Both the position numbers and the translations under genes were made by a program. A stretch of DNA of 51,822 bases from Chiloscyllium plagiosum (lineage: Eukaryota), in contig NC_057710.1 in the NCBI RefSeq assembly GCF_004010195.1, positions 111,236,024-111,287,845 on the forward strand, read 5' to 3'. Below, one piece after another: positions 1 to 12,337 of the stretch (within the stretch, counting starts at the first letter, position 1; each line of letters opens with the position of its first letter). The notes under the pieces are model-generated. The model searched no databases, was not told where the DNA came from, and worked only from the letters and a program-made list of their open reading frames with translations.

Positions 1-364
1 CATAAGGTGGCAACACCTGGTATAGTACTCTCCTCTGTCAGTTCTGAGGGAAAAGGACAGCACGCCCTCTGTACCACCTGGACCTTCAGGTTTATGTGTG
101 CAAAGTAGACTGCCAATATCTGGGTTTTATAGAAGGCACGAAGCTCTGGGGATATTGTTTTATGTTAGGATATCTCAGTTGGCTGCAGTGAGTGAGAGAA
201 TCGGGCAAGCATTGGATGAGAGGTTCACTACAGGGGCATTGTAGATAATTAAGAATGTATGTTTGGGATTGCACCACAAGAAAACTCTCTAGGCCTAACA
301 AAGAGAAGCTATCTGTGCAACATGACAAAAATGACACTTTATCAAAGTCTGGTAAGATTCAGCC

Positions 365-950
365 CTGTTCTTTTCAACTGGAGAATTGGACATGGCATTC
401 AGCTGTTTAAGGAAGTTCAGAAAGAAAAATCAGTGAGCTGCAGATCAGTTAGTCTAAGATCCATTGACAGGAAATGGTATACAATTAAGGAAAGAGAAAC
501 TGACCACCTTGAAAAATTTTATCTGATCAGAGAGAGCCAGCATGCATTTGGAAAAGGTAACTCATGCCTGATGAATGTGAGTGAATTTTTGTGAGCAGTA
601 ACGAACATAGTGAAGAGACAAATATCTATGGATATGTTACATATGCATTTGGTAAAGTTCCATCGGAGAGATTGTTGACCTTAAATGAAAGCTCAAAGAA
701 TCGAAGGCAACTTCATGACTTAGTTTGAAAACTGGCTGAGAGCCAGGTGAGTGAGAAGAGGGATAATGAACAGATACTCTCATTGGGAGGATGAGATGTG
801 TGGTGTTCCACAAGGATCTGTGCTGGGTCTCAACTACTCAGAGTAGAATGATTTAGTTGATGGCATGGAAAACCACACATCCAGACTTGTTGACAATACA
901 AAGACAAGGTGCCACTTTAGGCCGTGTAGATGGAAGCGTAAAATTACAAA
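365..950 (+). mobile_element. Decayed CR1-clade LINE ORF2 (reverse transcriptase) fragment
   Basis: Colinear degenerate CR1 RT motifs with stops and frameshifts: WRI..LFK, SCRSVSLRS (~NYRPVSLTS), LIRESQHAFGKGNSCLMN (~SQHGFMKGKSCLTN), GVPQGSVLG at ~802-828, VDNTK (~ADDTK). Confidence 0.85.
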
Positions 951-1231
951 ACCAGTAGCTTCCTTGAGGGGATCCGCCACTGTACACAGGAACAGATTCA
1001 CAATAGCATTTTAGCTAATGCACATGCACATGGCATTAGTACAGAGAGAAGAATAGCAAATATTGTATGTGATGACAATACCATCAAAAGACGCTGTCCT
1101 ACACCAACAGCAGGTTTTACTGGCTATAAAAAAGGAGTGACTCTTAGGAAATCCCAGTTAAAATGGCACTTAATTTATTTAAAATTCATATAGTTAAATA
1201 ATCAAAATAAGCAAGCTGGTTGATGAAGACT

Positions 1232-1698
1232 TAGAGTCATAGAGTCATAGAGATGTACAGCATGGAAACAGACCCTTCGGTCCAACCCGTCCATGCCGAC
1301 CTATGTCCCAACCCAATCTAGTCCCACCTGCCAGCACCCGGCCCATATCCCTCCAAACCCTTCCTATTCATATACCCATCCAAATGCCTCTTAAATGTTG
1401 CAATTGTACCGGCTTCCACCACATCCTCTGGCAGCTCATTCCATACACGTACCACCCTCTGCATGAAAGAGTTGCCCCTTAGGTCTCTTTTATATCTTTT
1501 CCCTCTCACCCTAAACCTATGCCCTCTAGTTCTGGACTCCCCAACCCCAGGGAAAAGACTTTGTCTATTTACCCTATCCATGCCCCTCATAATTTTGTAA
1601 ACCTCTATACGGTCACCTCTCAGTCTCCGACGCTCCAGGGAAAACAGCCCCAGCCTGTTCAGCCTCTCCCTGTGGCTCAGATCCTCCAACCCTGGCAT
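1232..1698 (-). mobile_element. Young 5'-truncated CR1/HER1-type LINE 3' end
   Basis: ORF 1318-1698 gives the CR1 ORF2 C-terminus (LGLFSLERRRLRGDRIEVYKIMRG...TRGHRF...VWNELP...FKRHLD), followed by the 3' UTR and a (CTCTATGA)n tail at 1232-1252. Confidence 0.95.
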
Positions 1699-2465
1699 GT
1701 GAAAGCAACTGAAAAGCCTGGCCTAAATTAAGGGCAAACAAGATAAGATGTTTTCCCTATCTTCTTTGTCTATCTCAGCTCCTCTTACCGAGGTTTACAA
1801 CTATGTGTCTGCAATTAAATGATCACAATACAAGATTAATGAAAAAATATTTGAACAAAATATGGTAAAAATATCCATTAAAAAATTAAATTCATTATTT
1901 CAAGATTTTGCCAAACATTTTTTGAAAGAAAACGTAGTTTTCTAATCATTAGCATTTTTAGGCTATTAGGTGTGTTGATTGTCTATTGGCCTCATCTTGA
2001 GACAGTAATCAGGGTGTTTTCTCATCAGACATCACTCTATATTTGATATCAGATACAACTAATACAAAAATGGCAAGTGAATCTGTTGAAAAAATTAGAA
2101 ATTCAAATGCTTTGAATGTAGCATCATTGTTTAGAAGCTTTCAATTTTGATTATTGTAATTAATCTTTGCACGCTAATACGTACCACATCCATTGTGCAC
2201 AATGTACAAGATATAGTGTAACAATAAGTCAACTTTCCCAACTAAATTCAGAGGAATACATTTGCTAATATGCTATCAACTATTGATGACTATAAAGCCA
2301 ACATTAATTTATTCGAATTACATTACTACCTGTTACTAACAGCATTCTTTAAATTGGCTGCTATACCATTCCTATTGAGTGAAAATACCTTCAAAATAAA
2401 CAGTGAAAGGCAAAGCACGTTGTCATCCTTCTTTACTTAATAAAGGACAATAATATTACACATGC

Positions 2466-2590
2466 CATTTTCTGATACAGCATGATTCCTTGGTTTCTTT
2501 TTCAGGAGATCCAAGTTGACATTTGCTCTGGGCAATAGCTCTGCCTCATATTGAGGTAGTATTGAGAATCTTTCAGCCTGATTCCTGTAT
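2466..2590 (-). CDS. Candidate internal exon of an unidentified host gene: (R)YRNQAERFSILPQYEAELLPRANVNLDLLKKKPRNHAVSEN(G)
   Basis: Good acceptor TTTTTTTTGCCTATAG directly upstream. Only one of three frames is open. The donor is uncertain (ATG|GCATGT would be a GC donor). No recognisable homology. Confidence 0.35.
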
Positions 2591-2862
2591 CTATAGGCAA
2601 AAAAAACTTTACAAAGCATTCCATAGCAAAAGACACCAAAATGTCTCTGGAATGTCTCCAGCTCAACCACTTGAAGGGTGTCAGAGATGTTCAAAAGTAG
2701 TTTTTCTAAAGCAGGAATCTTCACTTTGTTCATTAAACACCAGGCAGACCGTCCTAATTCAAAACAGTAATTTTGCTGAAACAGTAAAGATTCAATGAAA
2801 TGTATTTTGGCTGTCAGCTATTAAAAGGGAATTAGATCAAGGGGCACATAAATCCAGCTTAC

Positions 2863-2964
2863 CTCAAGTTACTGCTTTGGTGTGAGTAAACCACTACTGA
2901 TGATGCCACAGTTCTCCCACTTAGCCTCAAAATATGCAGTGTGGGGAAATTACACGACATGTGC
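2863..2964 (-). CDS. Weak candidate 102-nt phase-2/phase-2 exon (HMSCNFPTLHILRLSGRTVASSVVVYSHQSSNL)
   Basis: Strong donor TTGAG|GTAAGC and an open frame that joins in phase to 2466-2590. The acceptor (GTGTGGTTAG) is weak. Confidence 0.2.
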
Positions 2965-4792
2965 CTAACCACACACACCAAGGTTTATTTTAATAAAGAT
3001 TGACTGTTACTAATTTACAAAAATCTTATCAGTCTCCTCTTGCCCTTGCTATGATCCAAAGGTTTACATTACTTCAATTACTTTTATTACTACAATGTAA
3101 AGGAATTATCTTTGCATTCCAAAATACTGACTCAAATTGAGAGAAACATTTCTTTTTGCCCAAGACTGTAAGTAACAGGAAAATGTACATGTGACATCAT
3201 GCTTGACACTGGAATGCCACAATTAAGTTACATGATTACACATTCTGAGTGTAAAAGCCCTCTGCATAAATGTTAGCGAAAAATCTGGAGGACGTCCTTG
3301 TGTAGTTCTGCACCAGCTTTTCCAGGGCAATCATCGACAAAATGAATTTCACTTTCTCAGCAACTAATTTTTTTCACGCCACTTCTCAATAAACCCAGTA
3401 TTTGACCCTGGATATTTCAAATGTCTAATATCCAGACTGGGAAAATTGACTTCAGGTTATACACAACACAGCCACTTTCACAGTAAAAATAATGCCATTA
3501 CACCTGAATCCATAGGCTTTGTCCTTTGCTATGCACACCCATTGCAGGTTGTTTGCAGGCTATGCATTGAATCATTATCCAGATTGCAAGTATCTCAGCT
3601 TCAGAACTTGCCAGTATTGCCTGAAACTTCTCACCAGCACTCATGGCTGCTGATGTCATCAAGCACTGATTGAACTATAATGTCAAGGAAGAGATTTTCT
3701 GCATAAGAATGTTGTGATTCAGCATTTGCAAATGCGGATCCAAACACATTCAAACATCATTTACGTTACTACAGTTGAAGATGAAAGAATACAAAGCACA
3801 CGCTGAAACCATTGCCCTGTATACTATTAACATTTTCTTTTAAAGGCGAGGAATGGGACATGTGTCTTGCTCCCATTCGGCTAATATCCATGACAGTTTG
3901 GGTTTCATAATAAAAAGGCGGACAACAAAAAGCATTAAACAGATTATGTAAAGCTGTCCTTAGAAAAATTAGATGTCACCCATTTATGTGCCTTACAGCC
4001 CCTGTCAAACATCTGGATTCATGCTGTCCCACACTCCCATACCCGGGCCTCAGAAATCCAAGGATTACTGCATTCAGTAAAGACAAAACTTTCCTTATAA
4101 CTTTTCTTCTTAGTTTCAGACAAAAAAACGTTTTTTGATGAAGTAAATTTTGACCACAAGCCCATTTTAAGCAATGATGCCGACTAATACCTTAAGTATT
4201 CTCCGGTTCTTAATTTGTGTTTACATCTACACTTCAATCCCATCTCTAAAGCTTGTGGTATTTCTTCTATTAAACAAAATTCTGTATTGAAGTGCCTGCA
4301 TTCCAAAGATAATTAAAGAAGAAACAGCAACATAAAGACAGACTACGAATTGTAAAATAATCATCTATCAGGCAGAGTTCTGAGAATATGCAGCAGTTTC
4401 AGGCTTACTGCCTTGTTTTCCTTCTGGGGTTTTAATTATTTTAGCTTGTGTATCTCCAGAATAGACTATTCATTTTACACACCTTAACTGCCAAGAAGAG
4501 TGCTCAAATCAGAACCAACATATCTAGGTTGTTTTGATTAAAGATTCGTTCAACTACTCTGAAAAAGACAGAATCAAAATGGTGGCATAGTCTGACACCC
4601 TAACTCGAGGAACAGCCAAAATACTAAAGGGATATTAAAGAGGTGGCCAGCTGCTTTCTAACTACTCCTAGCTGGCACTTCAATAGGAATTCCTGTCATG
4701 CTCCCAGAGCAGACATTTGAATGTAATGTCATAGGATTATTTAACTTCATTAGGTCAAGGACACATGCAGTGCAGAAGCTAGACACTGTTCT

Positions 4793-4911
4793 GTTGCTAG
4801 GTGACAGCTCCAATGCACTCAGCTAGTACCGCAGGAAGTCACCCACGCCTATTACCTGCAGCTGCCCTGCAATCATCAGAAGCACAATCTAGGCATGTTA
4901 CCTCGGCAAAT
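4793..4911. promoter_or_regulatory. Candidate enhancer with RFX X-box-like and ETS motifs
   Basis: GTTGCTAGGTGAC (4793-4805), GCAGGAAGT (4831-4839) and GTTACCTCGGCAAAT (4897-4911) in sequence I do not recognise as a repeat. Confidence 0.3.
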
Positions 4912-7194
4912 CGGGCTTTCCCATTGGCGACGTATGCAAAGTGCTTTTATCACATGACTAACATGCAAGGCTGCCTGTGAGAAACTGTCAGCTTCTGTGA
5001 GACATCTTAAGTAGCTAACATTAATTGTTGAAGGTCAGTTGACATGGAGCTATATTATCAAGTGTATTAATTATAGTTCAGTTAAATTGACATGCCCTGA
5101 TAGGAGTCTCTCCAATGAAGAGTATTAACAACAGTATATCATTTTTTGCACCATTACTGTTTTACCCTTTATGTCTAATCTGCAAACATCCCCTCTCCTG
5201 AAATGTGTTTTATTATTGGTCTGTCAAATCAGGACATTATATTTTTATTAAAGTCTCTTAATTTTTTCAGTGGACAGGATTTGCTGCTGAGTTGCTCTGG
5301 AGTAGCAACTTTGCTTTAAATCATAAATGTATTGAATTATCAATAGGGGTGCAACAAGAATGTAGGGAAAGAGCAGAATAAGAGAAATAAGTGGCTGACT
5401 CCTCCATAGAGAGTCGACCTTGGATTGGGCAAAACCCTTTTGCATGTCAGATTTTAATGATTTGAATTGGAAAATTTCAAAGTAATGTTCACAGTTTTGT
5501 GAACTTAACCAAACCCAGTCAATAAAAACTTGATGGATAGAAAATTTGGAATTGACATTTGTTTTGATAAATGTTATACAAACAGTTGAAAATAGATGAC
5601 AAAATAAATCATGGACATCTAGCATCTTCTTCGTTGTCATCATGCAACTTCTGTATGGCAAGACTTTCCTTTCTCACTGTCTCAAACAGTCACAGCCTGG
5701 AAGAGGCCAAAATAAAACCCATTACATACTGCAAACTGAAAAAATTAACTAAAACTTTAAGAAAGCCTTTGGGCTGTGTTTCCCTGTTGTCGCTCTGTGA
5801 AAATCCTTTCACGGTAAAGACACATTCCACCATTGGGATCTCTCCCCTCCCACCCATGGGGCTTTTTATTACCAATTATTTAAATTAAAAGGAACAAGTA
5901 GAGAGCAAGTTGTGTTTAGTCCATACGTGCAGATTTACCAGCATTGATATGTAGGTCTAAGTGGCCAATGCTGGGATTGATTTGAGCATGATTCAGCGCA
6001 CTGTGCATGTTTCAGCATTCTTTTCACACCTGCTGACTTGTTTTGCTAATCCTTACATGGTTTTCTCCAAACTTTCCTTATTCCATGTTCTTCACTTTCT
6101 TCTTCTTGCTGTCTCTATACTTTAGACATCCTTAATGCATACAGTGGAACAATCAAAAACATAAGCTGAATCTCACACCTCAAATCGTCTGCATCACGAC
6201 TGTACTTTTTTGTGTAAATGATTGACATAATGAAGCATTATTAAGCAATTGCTAAAAATAACTTGCTTTCAGTACATAAAACACAATGCAGGCTTTGTGT
6301 AATAAAGATAAAATGCTAATCAGTGTAACAATGGAGTATAAAATTAAATCCTTTGTGGCAATAGTTGTTGCTACAGTTTTGGTCTGTTTTTATTTTTCTG
6401 CAATAGACCACAAAGCAATAAAATTTTGATAGAACTATTGTTTAATAAATATTAATTTTTTATAGATAATAAAAACAAAAAATACTATGATTTGTTTATT
6501 AATTTTGCTGCTTTCCTTAACACTAACCTTGAAGCCAAGAGTTTTAAATATTTATTTATACCCCATTTAAGTATCCCAGATTGGAGAGCCTTTCACGATT
6601 ATTTCAGTAGCCATTAGCAACCAAAAGTCATCGAGATAACAAAAGATGCGCAGTCTATTTTTTGCCCATCCTTTTGTTTACTATCGGTTAGTCTAGCCTT
6701 GTCCATATACATGTCTTTACCATCTCTTAGGTGACATACCAGCGTAGTTATAGCAACAGGAGAGAATGTCCCCGGCACAAAATAAAACAACGTTAAAGGA
6801 AATGGTGCTTCTGAAATTTTTTAATAGTGAAAATTCACAGTAATATACTTAAGATTGTCTAAAGCTAGTTGTTGCTATTTACTAGCATATGGCCATAGTG
6901 TCCTCCAACAAATAAAACCACATCGAGGGAAAAGTCTGTTTATTTTGACGTCAAGATTAATAAAAGTGCACAAACCTCAAAATAACACCTCTTCTTCAAG
7001 ACATAACAGACTTGATGAAATAAAACCACAGCTGGGAACAATGTGCAAGGTTCCTTATAGGCGACATGGACTGTTAACACTGTTAGAGACTGAGCAATGC
7101 ATTGAAGTCATGTGCTCCTTTGCTAAGATAGAAGACTTCAAAGTATCATCTGTGAAGTTTTAATTTGCTATGTGCTGTTGGATTGTAAGGAGAT

Positions 7195-7217
7195 TGTGTG
7201 TGTGTGTGTGTGTGTGT
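7195..7217. repeat. (TG)11 microsatellite
   Basis: Directly visible. Confidence 0.95.
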
Positions 7218-7894
7218 AATATATTTATACAATTGTCTTTTTCAAATAACTTGGGCATAATAAACTACCAGACTGCCCTCAGCTAGACAGGCAGTAAATT
7301 AAGAAAAACCAGACATACAAATGGAAAGAGCAGAGTGAGAACACTCCATGTGGTTCAGACGTTTTTTTTAAATTTAATAAAGCGAAAGGCACAAAAAAAT
7401 TGATAGTTAAAGCAGGTTAATCTCTTGCTAACACATAATATAGAGTTATCAAATGAATTTCTGCATAATTACAGCCATATTGATTCAGCCTTCAGTTATT
7501 CAATTTGCTTGTTTTATCTGTGTGTTATTTATCCGAACCACAGAGTCACTTGACTATAAAGCTACAGATAGACAAGTATTTATAACCAAGGCATGGAGTT
7601 GATTTTTCTCCTACTGGCATACTGTGGGATTCTGTCAAGTTGCTACAGCATGAAGCAGTGATTAGGATACCCCTCCCCCACAACCAAGGCCCGGATCAGA
7701 CCGGATGGAATGTCTGAACAGCAAAATTCTCTCTCGGCACCTCCAAATCAATTCAGGAAAGTACACAGCTTGGATGACACTGATCGTTTTATTTCAAATT
7801 TGTTTTTTAAATTTATGATCTACTATAAATCTATTAAATGAATCCGAAATGTATTTGCTCATAGACAGGGATACAATAGGTTATATTCTCTAGT

Positions 7895-8251
7895 TTATTG
7901 TTTCATGGGATGCGGGCACCATTGGAAAGGTGTCATTGTCCATCCCTAATTTCCCTTTTACTGAGTGGCTTGCTCAATCACTTCAGAAGATAGTTAAGAG
8001 TTAACCACATTGCTGTGGATTGGGAGCCACATGTAAGTCAGAGGAGGAACAGATGCCCATTTGTTTCCTTTCCCAAAGAACATTAGTGAACCAGATGGAT
8101 TTTTACAACAACCAGAGGTCACCGGTACCAAAACAATTTTTGATTTATTAATTGAATTTAAATCCTACCTATTGTTATGGAGGGTATTTGAATACCCTGA
8201 GAGCCTGAGCCTCTGCATTACTATTCCAGGGACACTGCTGATCTCTCCATC
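7895..8251 (-). mobile_element. Old tRNA-derived SINE (SlmI-like core, LINE-derived tail)
   Basis: Shares blocks (AACCACATTGCTGTGG; CCAAAGAACATTAGTGAACCAGATG; TTGAATTTAAAT) with the copies at 27361-28039 and 49611-49893. The family name is from memory. Confidence 0.75.
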
Positions 8252-8261
8252 ATGACATCAA

Positions 8262-8745
8262 CTGCGGCCCTTAAGGGGTTCAATTAGTGATGAGTTAAAA
8301 GGCCTCATTTTACCACTGCTGTTGATAAACCAGATGGAGACCATCCTATATCACCAAGAGAACTAATTGAGACATTGAATTTCTGAAAGGGGGAGGGGGG
8401 GGTGGTCTGCTGAGAACTACTTGCTTGCTTATGAGCTCTTCTGACCTCTGAACATTACTTACCTATGACTTGGGTCAATCCAGGATCCTGGGAGTGTAGG
8501 GGCTGTTCCCCTGGAAGCAGCAGCAACCACGGCCTCCTCAGTGATGTTACTCAGCAAAAGAGCTGTCTCCCTCTGGCAACCTGCATTGGGCAGGGCTTCT
8601 GCCACTTGGGCCTCGATTCCACAGAAGGGGCTGCTGGTGGCCTTTCCACTGCCTGAGGGGCTTGACATTTGGCTGGCCCTCCTGAAAAAAGGCAAGGTGG
8701 GTCTCCTGCTGATTCTTGAACTGGCAGGCAAGATGCCAATGCCTC
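8262..8745. repeat. GC-richer interspersed repeat, probably a non-autonomous DNA-transposon derivative
   Basis: Abrupt GC rise producing overlapping chance ORFs. The motif CTTAAGGGGTTCAATTAGTGATGAGTTAAAAGGCCT resembles shark non-autonomous elements. Ends not resolved. Confidence 0.3.
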
Positions 8746-9202
8746 AACAAGATGCTCTTCAACTGACAGTGACACTTTACTTTTGTGAAATACTGACAGG
8801 GCAGTGAACTCAGTTAAATACTTTGGATGTGAATGGCAAGGCACAAGTGTCCACATTATGTTTTACTGTCATAAAAACATTACTGCAGAACAAAGGACTG
8901 CTGGTGTCAGATTATCCACCTGGCACTGTTATGTCATGATTGTCAGTACACAATGGATGTTTAAAAAGGTTAATAAAAATGCATGTATCATTCTTTCCAC
9001 AATTTTCTAAAAATAAGTAGCACGTATTAGTATAGTATTAAGATACCGATTATGGTAATATTTGAATTAGCTTTAAAGAAATGCATTTAGAACGTGCCCA
9101 GAACAACGAACTGACCACAAATGGTTGCCTTTCCTCTGCAGCTTTATTCACCTCTCCTTACTTCAAAGAACAATAGTATGGCTGCTCCCACACTTATCGT
9201 CG

Positions 9203-9712
9203 TAGAGTCATAGAGATGTACAGCACAGAAACAGACCCTTCTGTCCACCTCGTCCATGCCAACTAGATATCCTAACCTAATCTAGTCCCATTTGCCAGCA
9301 CTTGGCCCATATCCCTCTAAATCCTTCCTATTCAAATACCCATCCAAATGCCTTTTAAATGCAGTAATTGTACCAGCCTCTGCCACTTCCTCTGGCAGCT
9401 CATTCCAAACACCCACCACCCTCTACATGAAAAATTTGTCACTTAGGTTCCTTTTAAATCTTTCTCCTCTCACCCTAAACCTATGCCCTCTAGTTCTGGA
9501 CACTTCCATCCCCTATATCCTCTATCTATGCCCCTCAGGATTTTATAAACCTCTATAAGGTCACCCCTCAGCCTCTGACACTCAAGGAAAACAAGCCCCA
9601 GCCTATTCAGCGTCTCCCTATAGCTCAAACCCTCCAACCTTGGCAGCATCTTTGTTAATCTTTTCTGAACGCTTTCAAGTTTCACAACATCTTTCCACAA
9701 AGAGGGAGACCA
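9203..9712 (-). mobile_element. 5'-truncated CR1/HER1-type LINE 3' end
   Basis: ORF 9470-9700 (LESVQKRLTKMLPRLEGLSYRETLNRLGL...RGDLIEVYKIL). Highly similar to 1232-1698, with a small internal deletion near 9510 and a CTCTATGA tail. Confidence 0.95.
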
Positions 9713-12131
9713 CTTCCCAATTCTTTACTCAGGTTACTCTAATACCAAATACTGAAAAGAAGTTCTAAAGTAGACAAATTGAATTGTTTTTCTGATCTGT
9801 GCTCTGTATGTGTGGGAAACATCTGGCTTCATGAGACATTTCATGACACAGCCGAAATCGAAAATGGATCATTTTAGAAGAGTTAAGTGACGTCACTTAT
9901 AGATATGATCCCTCTTGTTTCTACCAGAATCCTCATCCTTATTATGGATAATCAGATCACTCAGTGTTGGTAAATAACAACAGAATTCCATTGAAGCAAT
10001 ATGTTTCCATTCATGCTCAAATGCTGCATTAAACTTTACATCTTACACAACTGCTTTGTATGTCAATTCATCCAAACTGTAAATCTGAAGCATCAGAATA
10101 GTGTCAGAGCTTTCATGTTGCAGAAAAATATCTTAGCTATTCCTGCAGTATATCTCATGTCCATGTCAGCAAACCTTGAATCACAGCAATCTGTAGCCAG
10201 CTCTCCATATTTAGTTCCTCTTAATTGTCTTTGTCTTTTGGTAACAGTAATGAGTTATACTTGTCATCACTTAAAGGGCAGACTTATTCAAAACTCCTTA
10301 CCCTCATATCCACTCTTCTCCCTGACATTTTCATTATTGAGACCTATAGATTCCCTGACACTTTGTCTCTGACCTTTGATTCTTCCCTTAGAGGCCACAT
10401 TCAAACAGAACAACAAAACACGTTTATTGTCAACCCTGGTTTGTCTGTGATCTCTCATAAATGACCAAAGATCAGAGTTCTTTTTCTCAATCGACTGGCA
10501 CTAATGAAAGATAAAACCCCCTTTTTTTCCTTCTAACGACTCCCTTTGCTCAACTTCAATGCAACTATCAGCACAGACTGAGGCGCCCATGGCCAGGTCT
10601 CCGGCTGTGCTATACATCCACAACATCAGTGAGACGCGTCAGCATTAGGTAGTTAGGTTATTTACTTCTGTTAGCTTTCCTGTTGATTTGAGTTAAAGGA
10701 CTTTCAATTGATCGACAGAATGGTTGGGATAAGCAAAGAGCACTTGTGCTGAGTGACACAAATAGCATAGTTGGTATTAAACAGAACTGAGAAAAATAGG
10801 CACAGTTCATGGAAGACTGCTCTTTGTAGAATGAATCAATTGAATTTGTATTTGTTAAATATTTCACATTTTTTAACAAGATTTTATAGAATTAACCAAA
10901 CGATCCAGTTTACTTTTAATTCATTGAAATTACTTATAAAGATTTGTCATGACACTGAACTGCCTGAATCTTGATGAGATGAAGAGATGTTCAGAAAATG
11001 AAATGCTACAAAGTCATTTTATCATCTCTGCACTGTATAATTTAACCGTTCTAGTTACAGCATTAAACTGACAAATGCTTAGAAGTGGTCCTGACATTAC
11101 CTAACTGTTTAATAGATCGACAAACAATAGTTTAGTAGGGAATCTGAACTAATAATGTGCAATTACACATTTAATATTCCTTGCATAGCATGCCAAGTTT
11201 AATGGTAAAACAAAATGGGATGAGAGTTTTTAAAAAAAATCAAGTAATAGAAAGAAAATGGAATTGTATCACAAAACAATATATCCTCAGGCTATACTTT
11301 TTTATTTGTTTCTCCTCTCATGTCTATTCAACAACAATGAAAGAAAGTATCAAATTAGTAATATAAAACAATGCCAACATTTCTGAATATGCTGCTGAGG
11401 ATTTGGGATTGTACCCCAAATCTTTTACAGAAAAAAAATGCTAAAACTTGAAGTCACACAGGCATCATGAATTATACAGCTCAAGTTCTGTAGATGCGAA
11501 TTCACAATGCCATGAACCTCCAGAAGCGATTTTCTCACATTCCAGGGAAATACCCTGTAAGATCTTCAGCTTGAAGTTGGTAGACTATGGTTTACTTCTG
11601 TAAAGCTTAGTTCCTTTCCCTTCATTTTACTGCTACATGACAAAGAACTGCATACTCATTTACATGATTAAAATTGTATTTCAAAATAACTCTGTGGAAG
11701 TAAAATACTATTTATAACACTAAAGCGTAGAAAATGTACTTTTCCAGACCATAGTGAAAACTCTTATGTGTAACAGCAGTTCAGATTATAAATATTAACA
11801 AGTTAAAAATTAAAAGGTGAGTCAATACAACAAATTTCTTGAGTGCAACTAATTTTTTGCAATAAAATTCCTTTACATTTACAATAACGAGTCTTTGGGT
11901 GACTTTAAATTGGCTCAATTTTAGTTGATGTACTTTGATGTTGTGGAGTTTTAGAGTTGCTAGCTCCTGGCACTCTGGTCTTGTACAAATGGTTAAGAAC
12001 AAAATATAAACTTATTATAAGCTTGCAACAAGAAGATCTCCATTGAATCAAACATAAAAAAGCAACTTAAGGGAATAGTTAACATTTTAGCAATTTGCAG
12101 AAGTTACATAGTTAATAAAAACAAAATATCT

Positions 12132-12337
12132 AAAGAACCGCGGATGCTGGAAATCAGAAGTAAAAACAGAAATTACAGGGAAAACTCAGTAGCTCTAGCA
12201 GTGTCTGTGGACAAAAATCTGAGGTAACCTTTGGGTCCAATTCTGAAGAAGGGTCATTGGACCCAAATCATTAACTCTGCATTCTCTCCACAGATGCTGC
12301 CAGATCTACTGAATTTTCCCAGCAATTCCTGTTTTTG
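12132..12337. mobile_element. Palindromic Penelope-like terminal element with a degraded hammerhead motif
   Basis: Imperfect inverted arms (~12162-12240 vs ~12257-12336). Central CTGAAGA-AGGGTC-ATTG-GACCC-AAAT. Homologous to 15965-16160. Confidence 0.75.

Noticed and set aside
2466-2590. Assignment to the DLG family because RYRNQ resembles KYRYQ after a Cys-containing N-terminus
   Set aside because: The downstream sequence does not resemble DLG1-4 (no QDED acidic stretch), so no gene symbol is given.
8459-8856. Five overlapping ORFs on both strands
   Set aside because: Expected in a locally GC-rich, stop-poor repeat; no motif recognised.
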